From assembly GCA_045615365.1 (NCBI GenBank), contig JAZLEQ010000018.1, positions 14,350 through 78,349 of the forward strand: 64,000 bases of DNA, given 5' to 3'. A program made the position numbers and the translations under genes. This document shows positions 37,409 through 47,886 of this stretch, piece after piece. The notes beneath the pieces were generated by a model. The model ran no database searches and had not been told where the DNA came from. It was given only the letters and a program-made list of their open reading frames with translations. How positions within the stretch are numbered: position 1 is the stretch's first letter; each line of letters begins with the position of its first letter. This stretch comes from Alphaproteobacteria bacterium. GTDB lineage: Bacteria; Pseudomonadota; Alphaproteobacteria; RF32; CAG-239.

Positions 37409-37590
37409 ATACGAATTTTTATAAAAATTGCTCCAGATGAGTTGCTTTACAAAATTTTTATAAAAATTCGAAGAACAATACAGATGGAGTAATTTTGAGA
37501 AAATCAAAAATTTTAGTGTAGAAAAGACTACATGAATTTTTGATTCTTCGATAAAAATTGCTCCAGATGAGTTGTTATACGAATTTTTAT
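37409..37590. repeat. Intergenic AT-rich palindromic/direct repeat cluster
   Basis: Exact 24-nt direct repeat ataaaaattgctccagatgagttg at 37421-37444 and 37551-37574. Self-complementary 16-mer AATTTTTATAAAAATT at 37414-37429 and 37453-37468. atacgaatttttat at 37409-37422 and 37577-37590. Confidence 0.6.
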
Positions 37591-39401
37591 CATCTGTCAA
37601 ACAACTTCGCAACATCCCTTATTTTCAATTCAACATATGTCGGCCGACCATGATTACATTGTCCGGAATGCGGTGTTTTTTCCATATCTCTAAGCAAGCG
37701 ATTCATTTCCTCAACATTAAGTCTGCGCCCTGCCCTGACCGAACCATGACAAGCAAATGTTGCGCAAACCAAATGCAATTTTTCTTGCAAACTGAATCCT
37801 CCACCCCATTCACAAACCTGTTCTGCTAAATCTCTAATCAATTCTTGAACATTAACATCACCCAAAAGTGCCGGAACAGCTCGCACCAATATAGCGCTGC
37901 TTCCAAACTCCTCAATTTCTAATCCTAATTTCAAAAACTCTTCTGCTTTTGCAAGCAAATCTGTTTTTTCTTTTAGTGATAAATCAACAATTTCTGGAAT
38001 AAGCAACATCTGCGACGCCAAATTTCTGCCTTCAAACCCCGACTTCAATTTTTCCATAACAATGCGCTCATGTGCCGCATGCTGATCAACAATTATAATA
38101 CTGTCCGGTGTTTGAGAAATAATATATGTATCATTAAACTGAGCTCGTGCCAACCCCAGTTTTCCCACATCATCATCTGCAATATCCGCAACTTCGGGCA
38201 TTATCTCATTCTTAACCGAATATTTATACTCTAAATCAGGCAACGAAACTTGCCTTCCGCCTTTTACAAAACTTACCGACTGCAAACCGATATTAAAACC
38301 ACGCACCTGATCATTCAAAACCAAAACATCATCTTTTTGCAGAGGCAAACTATCTTCCACTCTTATTATTTCATTTAAATCCAATGTATTAGAAGTTTTA
38401 TCTGAAGCTCTGGCTAAAGCATTTTTAATAGCCGAAACCAATAATCCTCTAATTAAATTATTATCATAAAAACGCACTTCAGCTTTTGTCGGATGCACAT
38501 TAACATCAACATCTTGCGGTTCAACATCAAAAAACAACACACAAATAGGATACCTTCCTGACGCCAAAACATCCTGATAAGCCCCTTTAATTGCCCCCAA
38601 CAATAACTTATCCCTAACCGGACGATTATTAACAAATAAAAATTGTGACAATGAATTAGCCTTATTTAACGTCGGCAACGAAACATATCCGTAAATTTTC
38701 ACCCCGTTTCGTTCAACATCAATCAATATAGAGTTTTCTCTAAACTCTTTGCCCATAATCGCAGCAATTCTGTTTAATTTTGCTTCAAAGAAATCGCCAT
38801 TTTCTGCCGGATAAAAAAACTTTTTCTTTCCGTCAACATAAAACGAAAAGCCGACTTCAGGATTTGCCAAAGCTATTCTTTGAATTATATCACCACAATT
38901 TGCAACTTCAGAACTCGATGCTTTCAAAAACTTAAGCCTTGCAGGAGTTGTATAAAACAAATCCCTTACTTCAATTCTGGTTCCTTTATTACAAGCGGCC
39001 GGCCTTACTTCCGATTTTTCGCCCCCGCAAACCTCAATCTTCCAACCATTTTCCGCATTTTCTTTTCTGCTCACGATTGAAAGCCTTGAAACGGAAGCTA
39101 TTGAAGGCAATGCTTCTCCTCTAAAACCGAAAAAACAAATATTAAACAAATCATCACTCGGCAATTTGGATGTTGCATGCCTTTCAACCGCAAGCGCCAA
39201 TTCGCCTTCATCCATTCCCTTACCGTCATCAACAATCGTAATAAGGGTTTTACCGCCATCGGTTAAATGGACTTCAACCATAGACGCATCTGCATCCAAT
39301 GCATTTTCCACCAATTCCTTAACCACCGACGCCGGTTTTTCAATCACCTCACCCGCAGCAATTTGGTTAACCAAGTTTGACGGTAAAACTCTTATAGTCA
39401 T
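37590..39401 (-). CDS. mutL: DNA mismatch repair protein MutL
   Basis: N-terminal GHKL ATPase (NQIAAGEVIEKPASVVKELVENALDA, DDGKGM). C-terminal endonuclease-type region (DQHAAHERI). 603 aa. Confidence 0.93.
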   Translation of the reverse strand: MTIRVLPSNLVNQIAAGEVIEKPASVVKELVENALDADASMVEVHLTDGGKTLITIVDDGKGMDEGELALAVERHATSKLPSDDLFNICFFGFRGEALPSIASVSRLSIVSRKENAENGWKIEVCGGEKSEVRPAACNKGTRIEVRDLFYTTPARLKFLKASSSEVANCGDIIQRIALANPEVGFSFYVDGKKKFFYPAENGDFFEAKLNRIAAIMGKEFRENSILIDVERNGVKIYGYVSLPTLNKANSLSQFLFVNNRPVRDKLLLGAIKGAYQDVLASGRYPICVLFFDVEPQDVDVNVHPTKAEVRFYDNNLIRGLLVSAIKNALARASDKTSNTLDLNEIIRVEDSLPLQKDDVLVLNDQVRGFNIGLQSVSFVKGGRQVSLPDLEYKYSVKNEIMPEVADIADDDVGKLGLARAQFNDTYIISQTPDSIIIVDQHAAHERIVMEKLKSGFEGRNLASQMLLIPEIVDLSLKEKTDLLAKAEEFLKLGLEIEEFGSSAILVRAVPALLGDVNVQELIRDLAEQVCEWGGGFSLQEKLHLVCATFACHGSVRAGRRLNVEEMNRLLRDMEKTPHSGQCNHGRPTYVELKIRDVAKLFDR

Positions 39402-41053
39402 TATTTTCTAAGCCTTTTAACCAAGTCAATTAATGTTTTTGTTGAAGAATCATGCCCTGAATTTTCTTTTTCACCTTTAAGTTCCGGCAAAATATTCAAA
39501 GCCATCTGTTTGCTGAGCTCAACCCCCATCTGATCAAACGGATTAATATTCCAAATAATTCCTTCTACCAATGTTTTGTGTTCATACATTGCAATCAACA
39601 TACCCAAGGCATGAGGATCAAGCTTCTTAAAGATGATTGTATTAGACGGACGATTTCCCTTAAAACTTTTATATTTTTTAAGAAGTTCAATTTCATCTTT
39701 TGATTTTCCGACCTTTTTAAGCTCTTCTACAACTTCTTGAACGGTTTTTCCCTTCATTAAGGCCTCACCTTGAGCTAAAATATTAGCCAACAAAATTTCA
39801 TGGTGTTCGCCGATTTCATTATGTGAAATTGCCGGAATAATAAAATCGCAAGGAATAAAGCTTGTTCCTTGATGCATCATCTGGAAAAACGAATGCTGAA
39901 CATCTGTTCCGGGACCACCGAAAATTACGGGAGATGTTTGATAAGCAACATAATCATTATCAATATCAATCATCTTTCCGTTACTCTCCATAACCAGTTG
40001 TTGTAAATATGCCGGCAACAAAGACAAATATTGGTTATACGGCACAACAACATGGTTTCTTATTCCCATAAAATTATTATACCAAACACTGAGCAACGCC
40101 AAAATAACCGGAATATTTTCACCCATTTCCGCCGTTCTGAAGTGATTATCCATTTCAAAAGCACCGCCGAGTAATTTTTCAAAATTTTCAAAACCAACGG
40201 CTATTGCAACAATCAAACCGATTGCAGACCAAAGCGAATATCTGCCGCCTACAAAATCCCAAAACTCAAACATATTTTCAACATCAATGCCGAATTTTGC
40301 TACTTCCTTAGCATTAGTTGAAACTGCTACAAAGTGCTTTGCTGTTGCGTGTTCACCCAAAGCATCAATCAACCACTTTCTGCAAGTTTTTGCATTCGTA
40401 ATAGTTTCGATTGTTGTAAAAGTTTTTGAACAAACAATAAACAAAGTTGTTTCAGGATTCAGATTATTCAAAACCTCGGCACAAGCAGTTCCGTCAATAT
40501 TAGAAATAAAATGGCAATTCATATCTTTCGGCATATATTTTTTCAAAGCCGAAACCACCATTTTCGGTCCCAAATCCGAACCTCCGATACCCACATTAAC
40601 AATATCTGTAAGTTTCTTTCCGGTATAACCTGTAAATTTACCCAATCGCACAGCTTCGGAAAAATCTTTTATCTTTGCCAAAACTCTGTTTATCTCAGGC
40701 ATAACATCTTTTCCGTCCACATAAATCGGAGTATTCTCTCTATTACGCAAGGCGGTGTGTAAAACAGCCCTTTTTTCCGTATGATTAATTTTTTCACCAT
40801 TAAACATAGCCTTTATTTTATCTTCAACTTTTGCTTCCTTTGCCAAAGCTTGTAAATAGGCAACAGTTCGTTCATTAATCAAGTTTTTTGAAAAATCAAC
40901 ATACATATTATCTAAATTGATGCTATATTTTTGCCCCCTTTTTTCATCTGCGGCAAACATATCAATCATCTTAATTTTTTGCATTTTCTTTGCGTGTTTT
41001 TCCAATTTTTTCCAATATCTGGTTTTGTTAATTTTTTCTTTTAAACCAAACAT
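39401..41053 (-). CDS. pgi: Glucose-6-phosphate isomerase
   Basis: 550 aa with PGI signatures (VGIGGSDLGP, GGRYSLWSAIG, FDQMGVELSK). Stop overlaps the mutL start by 1 nt. Confidence 0.93.
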   Translation of the reverse strand: MFGLKEKINKTRYWKKLEKHAKKMQKIKMIDMFAADEKRGQKYSINLDNMYVDFSKNLINERTVAYLQALAKEAKVEDKIKAMFNGEKINHTEKRAVLHTALRNRENTPIYVDGKDVMPEINRVLAKIKDFSEAVRLGKFTGYTGKKLTDIVNVGIGGSDLGPKMVVSALKKYMPKDMNCHFISNIDGTACAEVLNNLNPETTLFIVCSKTFTTIETITNAKTCRKWLIDALGEHATAKHFVAVSTNAKEVAKFGIDVENMFEFWDFVGGRYSLWSAIGLIVAIAVGFENFEKLLGGAFEMDNHFRTAEMGENIPVILALLSVWYNNFMGIRNHVVVPYNQYLSLLPAYLQQLVMESNGKMIDIDNDYVAYQTSPVIFGGPGTDVQHSFFQMMHQGTSFIPCDFIIPAISHNEIGEHHEILLANILAQGEALMKGKTVQEVVEELKKVGKSKDEIELLKKYKSFKGNRPSNTIIFKKLDPHALGMLIAMYEHKTLVEGIIWNINPFDQMGVELSKQMALNILPELKGEKENSGHDSSTKTLIDLVKRLRK

Positions 41054-41073
41054 ACTTTTTTTCTCCTTTTTTC

Positions 41074-42471
41074 CTAATTAAAAGTTCCTATTTCAGACTG
41101 CAAAATTTCATTACCGAAATATTTTTTTGCAACCTCATTCAATTTTGTTAAAGTAACATTTTCAACATACTTATTGCGTTTAACCAAAAAATCCAAACCC
41201 AAATTTTCCTTTTGCATATAAGCTAAAATCACGGCAATGTCAGCCGTTGCCGCATAACGCAGGTTATGCGATGAAATTAAATAACTCTTGGCTTGTTCGA
41301 GCTCATTTTCTTCAAAACCCGACTTGCCGATTTTTACCCATTCATTCATAAAAATATTTTTTGCTTTCTCAAATTTATCAGGCGTTGAAGAAAAACCTGC
41401 AAAAATCATATTATTTTTATCCGAAAGTGTCATTGATGAAAAACCGCCATAAGTCAAACCTTCTTTTTCTCTCATTTCTTTATTCATACGAGAATTCAGA
41501 CCGCTTCCTCCAAACAAATAATTCGCAATATATAGCGGATAAAAATCTTCACAAGTTCTGCAAGTTGACTTTGCCACAGCCAAAAAGACATTTTGACCGC
41601 TTTCTCTTTTAATTTGTAAAGGTGTATCTGTCCAATCAATTACCGGATATTCCAAATCATTAACCTGTGTTTTTTCCTGCAACTTCGAAAACATCAAATC
41701 TATTAAGTCTGCAGCCTCCTCTTTTTCAATATTTCCGACAATTCCTATTTTTAAGTTATCTTTTGCAAACCTGGAAGCGACAAACCTCCTTAAATCACCT
41801 TGAGTTAAATTCAAAACACTCTGCTTTTCCCCCAATAAATTTCTGCCATAAGGATGTCTTTTGTAAATCTTATTTACAAACTCCAAATTTAATTGTCTGT
41901 TTGGGTTTTCTTTTTCAGTTTCCAAAATTTTAACAACCTTATCTTTGGCAATATCCAAATATTTTTTCTCAAACTTTGGATTTTTTAATATATCGGCCAA
42001 TATTTTTGCCCCTTCAACAAAATTGGCTTTTGGGGAGCTGATAACTCCTTCAATATTATCCTTATCTGCTCTGAAGTTTATTTTAATTCCTTTCACGCCA
42101 AGCTCATCACGCAATTTTTCAGCCGACAACCTTGCGTTTCCGTAAAGCATTGTTTCCGCCGCAAGATTTGCAATTCCTTCTTTTGCCTTTTCATCATAAG
42201 CACTACCTGTCTTTTCAAAAACAAAGCTTGTAACAATCAAAGGGGTATCTTCAAGTTTCATAAAATAAGCTTTTATATTTGAAACAGGTGCGATAATTTC
42301 TTTAACTTCTCCCTTAAAATTCTTATTTGCCAAAACAGAACTTGTTTCCAAATTTTCCCACTCATTAACACTATAAAATTTCCAAAAAACAAACAATAAT
42401 GCCAAAGCAACAAAAAACCAAAATTTATACGATTTTCTCTTTTTTTTCAAATATTCCGGACACTTTCCCAT
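41074..42471 (-). CDS. M16-family peptidase homolog, degenerate active site (non-catalytic partner)
   Basis: 465 aa with an N-terminal TM anchor. The position of HxxEH reads GIANLAAETMLYG. Confidence 0.75.
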   Translation of the reverse strand: MGKCPEYLKKKRKSYKFWFFVALALLFVFWKFYSVNEWENLETSSVLANKNFKGEVKEIIAPVSNIKAYFMKLEDTPLIVTSFVFEKTGSAYDEKAKEGIANLAAETMLYGNARLSAEKLRDELGVKGIKINFRADKDNIEGVISSPKANFVEGAKILADILKNPKFEKKYLDIAKDKVVKILETEKENPNRQLNLEFVNKIYKRHPYGRNLLGEKQSVLNLTQGDLRRFVASRFAKDNLKIGIVGNIEKEEAADLIDLMFSKLQEKTQVNDLEYPVIDWTDTPLQIKRESGQNVFLAVAKSTCRTCEDFYPLYIANYLFGGSGLNSRMNKEMREKEGLTYGGFSSMTLSDKNNMIFAGFSSTPDKFEKAKNIFMNEWVKIGKSGFEENELEQAKSYLISSHNLRYAATADIAVILAYMQKENLGLDFLVKRNKYVENVTLTKLNEVAKKYFGNEILQSEIGTFN

Positions 42472-43794
42472 CTATTTTACTCCTTCCGGATGCAAAACAC
42501 CGACAACTTGTGGGGCATTATTCCACAAATCGAAAGCCGTTTTTTTAATATCATCAAGTTTAACTGCATTTATAGCCTCAAAATAACGACTGATTTCATC
42601 AACTTTCATTCCGACCGCAACCATATATCCGACGACAAGCGATAAATCATCGGGATTGTCAATTATATAAGCAAAATCAGCCATCATCTTTTGCTTAACT
42701 TTTTCCAGTTTTTTTTCATCCAAAACATTTATGGCATACTTAAATGCCTCATTAATTTTTTGTTCTGCCTTTTTATCATCAATATCAGCCGGAACTGCTT
42801 CAATTACAAATGTTCCATAACTTCTTTTAATTCCGTCATAACTTACGGAAGCACTCAAAAACCCCTTATCTTTTACCACTAATTTTTGATAAAAAGGAGA
42901 GTTTTCATCACCGGCTAAATAATTCTCCAAAATCATCAAAGCATAAAACTTTTCTTTTTCAACATTCACTGACGGAGCAACAAATTTTTTAATCATTCTC
43001 TTCAATCTTATTTCCGGCAAACTCATTTCAATTTTTGCTTTATACGGTCTTAAAAGCAACTCAAATTTTGTTTCTGAAATTTTTGCCGGTTTCAATCCGC
43101 CATAATATTTTTTTGCCAATATTTCTGCTGTTTTTCTATCAATATCTCCGGCCAAAACCAACACTGCATTATTCGGCGCATAATACATATCATAAAAATT
43201 CTGAGCATATTCTTTTTTCAATCCTGAAATTTCATAATCAAAACCGGTTATCGGGTTTCCGTAATGGTGGTCTTGCCACAACAACTCATTTAGTTTTTCG
43301 AAAAACTTTGCCGACGGATTATTATCAATTCTTTGTTTTCGTTCTTGAAAAACAATCTCTTTTTCGGTTAAAAAATCATCATCTTTCAACGATAAATTTC
43401 TCATTCTATCAGCTTCCAAATACATCAAAAGCTCCAATTTACCAATATCTGCAAATTGATGATATGCCGTAACATCTTGTGCTGTGAAAGCATTGCTTTC
43501 AATTCCGTTCTTTTCAACTATTCTGTTAAAACTTTGCCCTTCAACTTTTGATGTTCCTCTAAACATCAAGTGTTCCAACAAGTGAGCTATTCCGCCTTGC
43601 ATTTTCTTTTCATCAACGGCACCGGATTTATAAAAAACCATATGTTTCACTATCGGTGATTTATTGTTCTCAAGCACAATAACTTGCAAGCCGTTATCCA
43701 AATAAAATTCATCGATTTTAAAAGCTTCAAGTGCCTTCACTTCATGAGCAAAAGCACAAAAAACAATCAAAACTATCGATAATATTTTTTTCAT
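42472..43794 (-). CDS. M16-family zinc metallopeptidase (insulinase-like), catalytic
   Basis: Signal peptide plus inverted zinc motif HxxEH (GIAHLLEHLMFRG). 440 aa. Abuts the partner gene. Confidence 0.8.
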   Translation of the reverse strand: MKKILSIVLIVFCAFAHEVKALEAFKIDEFYLDNGLQVIVLENNKSPIVKHMVFYKSGAVDEKKMQGGIAHLLEHLMFRGTSKVEGQSFNRIVEKNGIESNAFTAQDVTAYHQFADIGKLELLMYLEADRMRNLSLKDDDFLTEKEIVFQERKQRIDNNPSAKFFEKLNELLWQDHHYGNPITGFDYEISGLKKEYAQNFYDMYYAPNNAVLVLAGDIDRKTAEILAKKYYGGLKPAKISETKFELLLRPYKAKIEMSLPEIRLKRMIKKFVAPSVNVEKEKFYALMILENYLAGDENSPFYQKLVVKDKGFLSASVSYDGIKRSYGTFVIEAVPADIDDKKAEQKINEAFKYAINVLDEKKLEKVKQKMMADFAYIIDNPDDLSLVVGYMVAVGMKVDEISRYFEAINAVKLDDIKKTAFDLWNNAPQVVGVLHPEGVK

Positions 43795-43812
43795 TTTATC
43801 TTAAACCGAGAT

Positions 43813-43989
43813 CTAACTTTCAACATCAACAACCGGTCTCAAATCAAACTCAGGTGGCAAAGACAAAGGTTTTCTCGTTTCAACAACTCTTTCATTCGGA
43901 GACTTTTTGGCTATTCCTAAAGTTTCCTTTGTAATCCCCGAACACCCTGCAACAAAAGCCAACAAACAAAGAATAACAATCTTTTTCAT
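43813..43989 (-). CDS. Small lipoprotein (58 aa), DUF3035-like; absent from the ORF track
   Basis: Hand translation: MKKIVILCLLAFVAGCSGITKETLGIAKKSPNERVVETRKPLSLPPEFDLRPVVDVES. Lipobox is VAGC. ATG at 43989, TAG at 43813-43815. Lies between lspA and the M16 pair. Confidence 0.6.
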   Translation of the reverse strand: MKKIVILCLLAFVAGCSGITKETLGIAKKSPNERVVETRKPLSLPPEFDLRPVVDVES

Positions 43990-43991
43990 CA

Positions 43992-44468
43992 CTATTTTTC
44001 CTCTTTTCTAAACTTAACAATGACGGAATGCAAAATAATTAAACCCGCACCCAAACAAATAAAACTATCGGCCAAGTTAAACGCCGGCCAATGACTATCC
44101 GCTAAATGGACATCTAAGAAATCAAAAACCGCACCGAACCTCACACGATCAATCACGTTTCCCAATGCTCCTCCGATAATCATTCCTAAAGCGACCTGCA
44201 TAAATTTTTCTTTTTCTTTTCTAAGCCAATAAATCAAAACCCCGACAATAACAAGAGCAATTCCGGTTAACAACCAAGCTCCCAAATTGCCGTAATTATT
44301 AAACATCGAAAAACTCACACCGGTATTCCACGCTCTGACAATATTGAAATATTCACCAAAGCTTTCATATGCTTTTTGCCCCAAAAAAACATTCATAACC
44401 CAATATTTGCTGAGCTGATCAAAAATCAAAACAAATGAAGCAATCAAAAAACCGATAATCACCGTCAC
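43992..44468 (-). CDS. lspA: Lipoprotein signal peptidase II
   Basis: 158 aa with 4 TM segments and conserved NTGVSF and GNVIDR...VFDFL motifs. GTG start with AAGGA upstream. Confidence 0.9.
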   Translation of the reverse strand: MTVIIGFLIASFVLIFDQLSKYWVMNVFLGQKAYESFGEYFNIVRAWNTGVSFSMFNNYGNLGAWLLTGIALVIVGVLIYWLRKEKEKFMQVALGMIIGGALGNVIDRVRFGAVFDFLDVHLADSHWPAFNLADSFICLGAGLIILHSVIVKFRKEEK

Positions 44469-44574
44469 AATTCCTTTTTTTTACAAAACAAATCACAACC
44501 ATATATTAAGGCAAAAATCACACCATCTCAAGCAAGCGATAAAAGATACTAACAAAAAAGGACTTTTTTTTAAG

Positions 44575-45528
44575 CTAAAACATCTTCTTTTTTCTAAAGA
44601 ATAAAATAACCAACAAAGTCAGCACTATCGATGCCGCCACAACATACCAAAAACCGTATTTTGTTTCGGTTAATGGCAGCCCCAAGTTCATTCCCCAAAA
44701 ACTCGCCAACATTGTAGGAATTGATAGTATAATTGTAATCGCTGCCAAAAATTTCATAACCTGATTAACATTATTGTTAATCACGGAAGCAAATCCGTCC
44801 ATCATACTTTCCAAAATAGTGCGATGCATATCCACCATTTCAATAGCCTGTTTGTTTTCAATCATAATATCTTCAAGCAAATCCTCATCTTCTTCTGTAA
44901 AAGGAACTACTGAAGTAATAACTTTTGAACGCACCATTCTCAAAAGCTTTTGCAACGCCAACTGATTATCCTTCAAAGCCGTTGTAAAATAAACCAACGA
45001 TTTTTGAATTTCCATCAACTGAAACAATTCCTTATTATTGGTGGTATTTCTTAAATTATATTCTATAGATTCGGTCTTACGATTGATAATCTTCAAATAA
45101 CGCAAATAAAACTGTGTCGCTTTATACAAAATTTTTAACATCAGATTAGTGCGATTCTTTGTATCGAAGGTATTTGCGGTAGATTTTGTAAATGAACCGA
45201 TAATACGATTCTCACGCGAACACAAGGTTACAAAATTTTTCTGCGTAAACAACATTGAACAAGGCAAAGTATCAAATTGCCCTTCATCATCAAGAAGCGG
45301 CAAATTCACAATTAACATAAAGTTTTTATTTTCATATTCCACGCGTGAACGTTCGTCAATATCCAACGAACTTTTCAAAACTTCAACATCCCAGTCAATT
45401 AAATCAGCTAATTTTTCAAGCTCTTCACCATTCGGATTAATCACATTAATCCACGAACCTGTATACAATCGATTCTTTTTCATCCTTATGAGTTTTTGAT
45501 TGGAATCTGTCTTACAAACCTTAAACAT
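44575..45528 (-). CDS. corA: CorA-family magnesium transporter
   Basis: 317 aa with two C-terminal TM helices and a GMN motif (FWGMNLGLP). GGAGG SD before the ATG. Confidence 0.85.
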   Translation of the reverse strand: MFKVCKTDSNQKLIRMKKNRLYTGSWINVINPNGEELEKLADLIDWDVEVLKSSLDIDERSRVEYENKNFMLIVNLPLLDDEGQFDTLPCSMLFTQKNFVTLCSRENRIIGSFTKSTANTFDTKNRTNLMLKILYKATQFYLRYLKIINRKTESIEYNLRNTTNNKELFQLMEIQKSLVYFTTALKDNQLALQKLLRMVRSKVITSVVPFTEEDEDLLEDIMIENKQAIEMVDMHRTILESMMDGFASVINNNVNQVMKFLAAITIILSIPTMLASFWGMNLGLPLTETKYGFWYVVAASIVLTLLVILFFRKKKMF

Positions 45529-45615
45529 AAGCTTTAACCTCCTCTCATAAACGACGGAAATATATTAAAAAAATAAAATCGATAGCATCTCCATAGACAT
45601 AAAAAAAGCTTTATT

Positions 45616-45701
45616 TGGTGCGGCCAAAAGGACTTGAACCTTCACGGGCTTAGCCCATAACGACCTCAACGTTACGCGTCTACCAATTCCGCCATGGCCG
45701 C
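45616..45701 (-). tRNA. tRNA-Leu (anticodon GAG), CCA encoded
   Basis: Hand-folded: acceptor GCGGCCA/TGGCCGC, anticodon stem-loop TAACG-TTGAGGT-CGTTA, long variable arm GGGCTAAGCCC, T-loop GGTTCAAGTCC, 3' ACCA. Confidence 0.92.
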
Positions 45702-45794
45702 ACATATTCCAATAAAGCTTTCATACAGATATAGCACAAATAAAAAATAATCAAGTGTTTTTTTATTTGTGCTATATTTTTTTTATATTATCAC

Positions 45795-47432
45795 TTAAAT
45801 CAACCTGCTTTTTTCAATCGCGGCCTTAACAAAAGAAACAAACAATGGTGCCGGATCAAAAGGCTTTGACTTCAATTCCGGATGAAACTGAACAGCCACA
45901 AACCACGGATGATCTTTAATCTCAACAATCTCAGGCAACAACCCGTCAGGCGATTTTCCGGTAATTTTCATTCCCGAACGCAACAATGTATCAGCATATT
46001 TCATATTAACCTCGTATCTGTGGCGATGCCTTTCAAAAATCGTTTTCTTTCCATAAACTTGAGCTGCCAAAGAATTTTCATCCAACACACATTCATATGC
46101 TCCAAGCCTCATTGTGCCTCCCAAATCTCCGTCTTTATGGCGAATTTGCTTAGCTCCTTCCTTATCCCATTCTGTCATCAAACCGACAACCGGTTCACAA
46201 TCCGCCGCAAATTCGGTTGTATTTGCGTTCTTAATTCCGGCAACATTTCGCATTGTCTCAATAACCGCAAGCTGCATTCCCAAACAAATTCCCAAAAACG
46301 GAATTTTTCTTTCTCGTGCATACTTAATAGCAGCAATTTTTCCGTCAGTTCCTCTTTGTCCGAAACCTCCGGGAACCAAAATTGCGCTCACATCATTCAA
46401 ATGTTCTTCTACCGATTCTTTTTCCAATAATTCTGAATCAATCCATTTCACTTTAACCTTATATCTATTGGCAATTCCACCATGATTTAAGGCCTCAGAC
46501 AAAGACTTATATGCTTCCAAAAGTTGGGTATATTTACCAACCACCGCAACCCTTACCTCGCCTTCCGGATGTCTGACATTATCTATAATATTTTCCCATT
46601 TACTCAAATCAAACTTTCCGTCACATTCAATTCCGAAATGTTTGCAAATTTGAACTCCTATACCTTCTTTTGCATAAGCAATCGGCACCTGATATATATT
46701 GCTTACATCCAATGCTGCAATAACGTTTTCCTCTCTGATATTACAAAACAAAGCTATTTTTCTTTTTTCATTTTGCGGAATTTCGATCTGTGAACGACAC
46801 AGCAACATATCCGGCTGAATGCCATATTCCTGAAGTTTTTTAACTGAATGCTGTGTCGGTTTTGTTTTTAATTCACCGGCAGTAGGAATATATGGCAACA
46901 AAGTCAAATGCACAAACATAGATCTGTCACGTCCTAATTCATATGCCACCTGTCGAATAGCCTCCAAATACGGCTGTCCTTCAATATCCCCTACCGTTCC
47001 GCCTATTTCACAAAACACAAAATCTTCATCGGTAATATCCGACAAAATAAAATTCTTTATTTCGTTTGTTACATGAGGAATAACCTGAATTGTTGCCCCC
47101 AAATAATCACCATGTCTTTCCTTATCAATAACTCTCTGATAAATTTTTCCGGTTGTAATGCTGTCGGTTTTATGACAAGACACTCCTGAAAATCTTTCAT
47201 AATGTCCCAAATCCAAATCTGTTTCCGTTCCATCATCAGTAACAAAAACTTCACCATGTTGATAAGGGCTCATTGTCCCCGGATCAACATTAAGATACGG
47301 ATCCAGTTTTCTCATCCTAACCTTAAAACCTTTTGCTTGCATAATACTTGCCATCGCTGCTGAAGCCAATCCCTTACCCAAAGAGGATACCACCCCGCCG
47401 GTAATAAATATAAATTTTGTATTTTCTGACAT
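45795..47432 (-). CDS. pyrG: CTP synthase
   Basis: 545 aa with N-terminal [13 protein letters not shown] and a C-terminal glutamine amidotransferase domain (GICLGMQ, HRHRYE). Confidence 0.95.
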   Translation of the reverse strand: MSENTKFIFITGGVVSSLGKGLASAAMASIMQAKGFKVRMRKLDPYLNVDPGTMSPYQHGEVFVTDDGTETDLDLGHYERFSGVSCHKTDSITTGKIYQRVIDKERHGDYLGATIQVIPHVTNEIKNFILSDITDEDFVFCEIGGTVGDIEGQPYLEAIRQVAYELGRDRSMFVHLTLLPYIPTAGELKTKPTQHSVKKLQEYGIQPDMLLCRSQIEIPQNEKRKIALFCNIREENVIAALDVSNIYQVPIAYAKEGIGVQICKHFGIECDGKFDLSKWENIIDNVRHPEGEVRVAVVGKYTQLLEAYKSLSEALNHGGIANRYKVKVKWIDSELLEKESVEEHLNDVSAILVPGGFGQRGTDGKIAAIKYARERKIPFLGICLGMQLAVIETMRNVAGIKNANTTEFAADCEPVVGLMTEWDKEGAKQIRHKDGDLGGTMRLGAYECVLDENSLAAQVYGKKTIFERHRHRYEVNMKYADTLLRSGMKITGKSPDGLLPEIVEIKDHPWFVAVQFHPELKSKPFDPAPLFVSFVKAAIEKSRLI

Positions 47433-47528
47433 TTTAATAAACCTTTTTCATCATTTTTGAAAGTGATAAAGGCACCTTCCCTATTTAACTTCGGAAGATG
47501 CCTTTATTAATATTCATTTTTTTTCTTT

Positions 47529-47852
47529 CTATTTTTCAGCTGTCGGAACCACCGGAACCTCAACGGCATCCGAAGTCTGACTTGTAACAACTTTATCAAC
47601 TATTGATTCAGCGGGTTTTGCCTGTCCTCTGTAATACAATGCCAAAGAAATACTCGTCACAAACAACAACGTAGCCAAAACAGCGGTTGTTCTTGTCAGC
47701 AAATTACCGGTTCCTCGCACGCTCAAAAAACTGGAAGCACCCGAACCGCCGCCTAAACCATCCAAAGCACCACCTGTTGAGCGTTGCAGCAAGATGCACA
47801 CCACCAAAAATATACAAACCAACAAATGAATCACTAATAAAACAGTTCCCAT
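47529..47852 (-). CDS. secG: Preprotein translocase subunit SecG
   Basis: 107 aa with two TM helices and the characteristic Gly-rich loop (LLQRSTGGALDGLGGGSGAS). Confidence 0.85.
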   Translation of the reverse strand: MGTVLLVIHLLVCIFLVVCILLQRSTGGALDGLGGGSGASSFLSVRGTGNLLTRTTAVLATLLFVTSISLALYYRGQAKPAESIVDKVVTSQTSDAVEVPVVPTAEK

Positions 47853-47886
47853 TTTTATATCCTTTTTTTTATATCAAAACATCAAA

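Noticed and set aside
37421-37574. CRISPR-like array
   Set aside because: There are only two copies of the 24-nt repeat, 130 nt apart. No cas genes are present, and the spacer contains further palindromes of the same family.
37400-37615. 71-aa minus-strand ORF and the overlapping plus-strand ORF 37572-37829 in or next to the repeat region
   Set aside because: The first consists of translated AT-rich repeats (FYKNF.. twice). The second is antisense to the well-supported mutL C-terminus. Neither has an SD.
45882-46485. 182-aa and 123-aa plus-strand ORFs
   Set aside because: Both are antisense to pyrG (CTP synthase), which is unambiguous. This is typical shadow-ORF composition.
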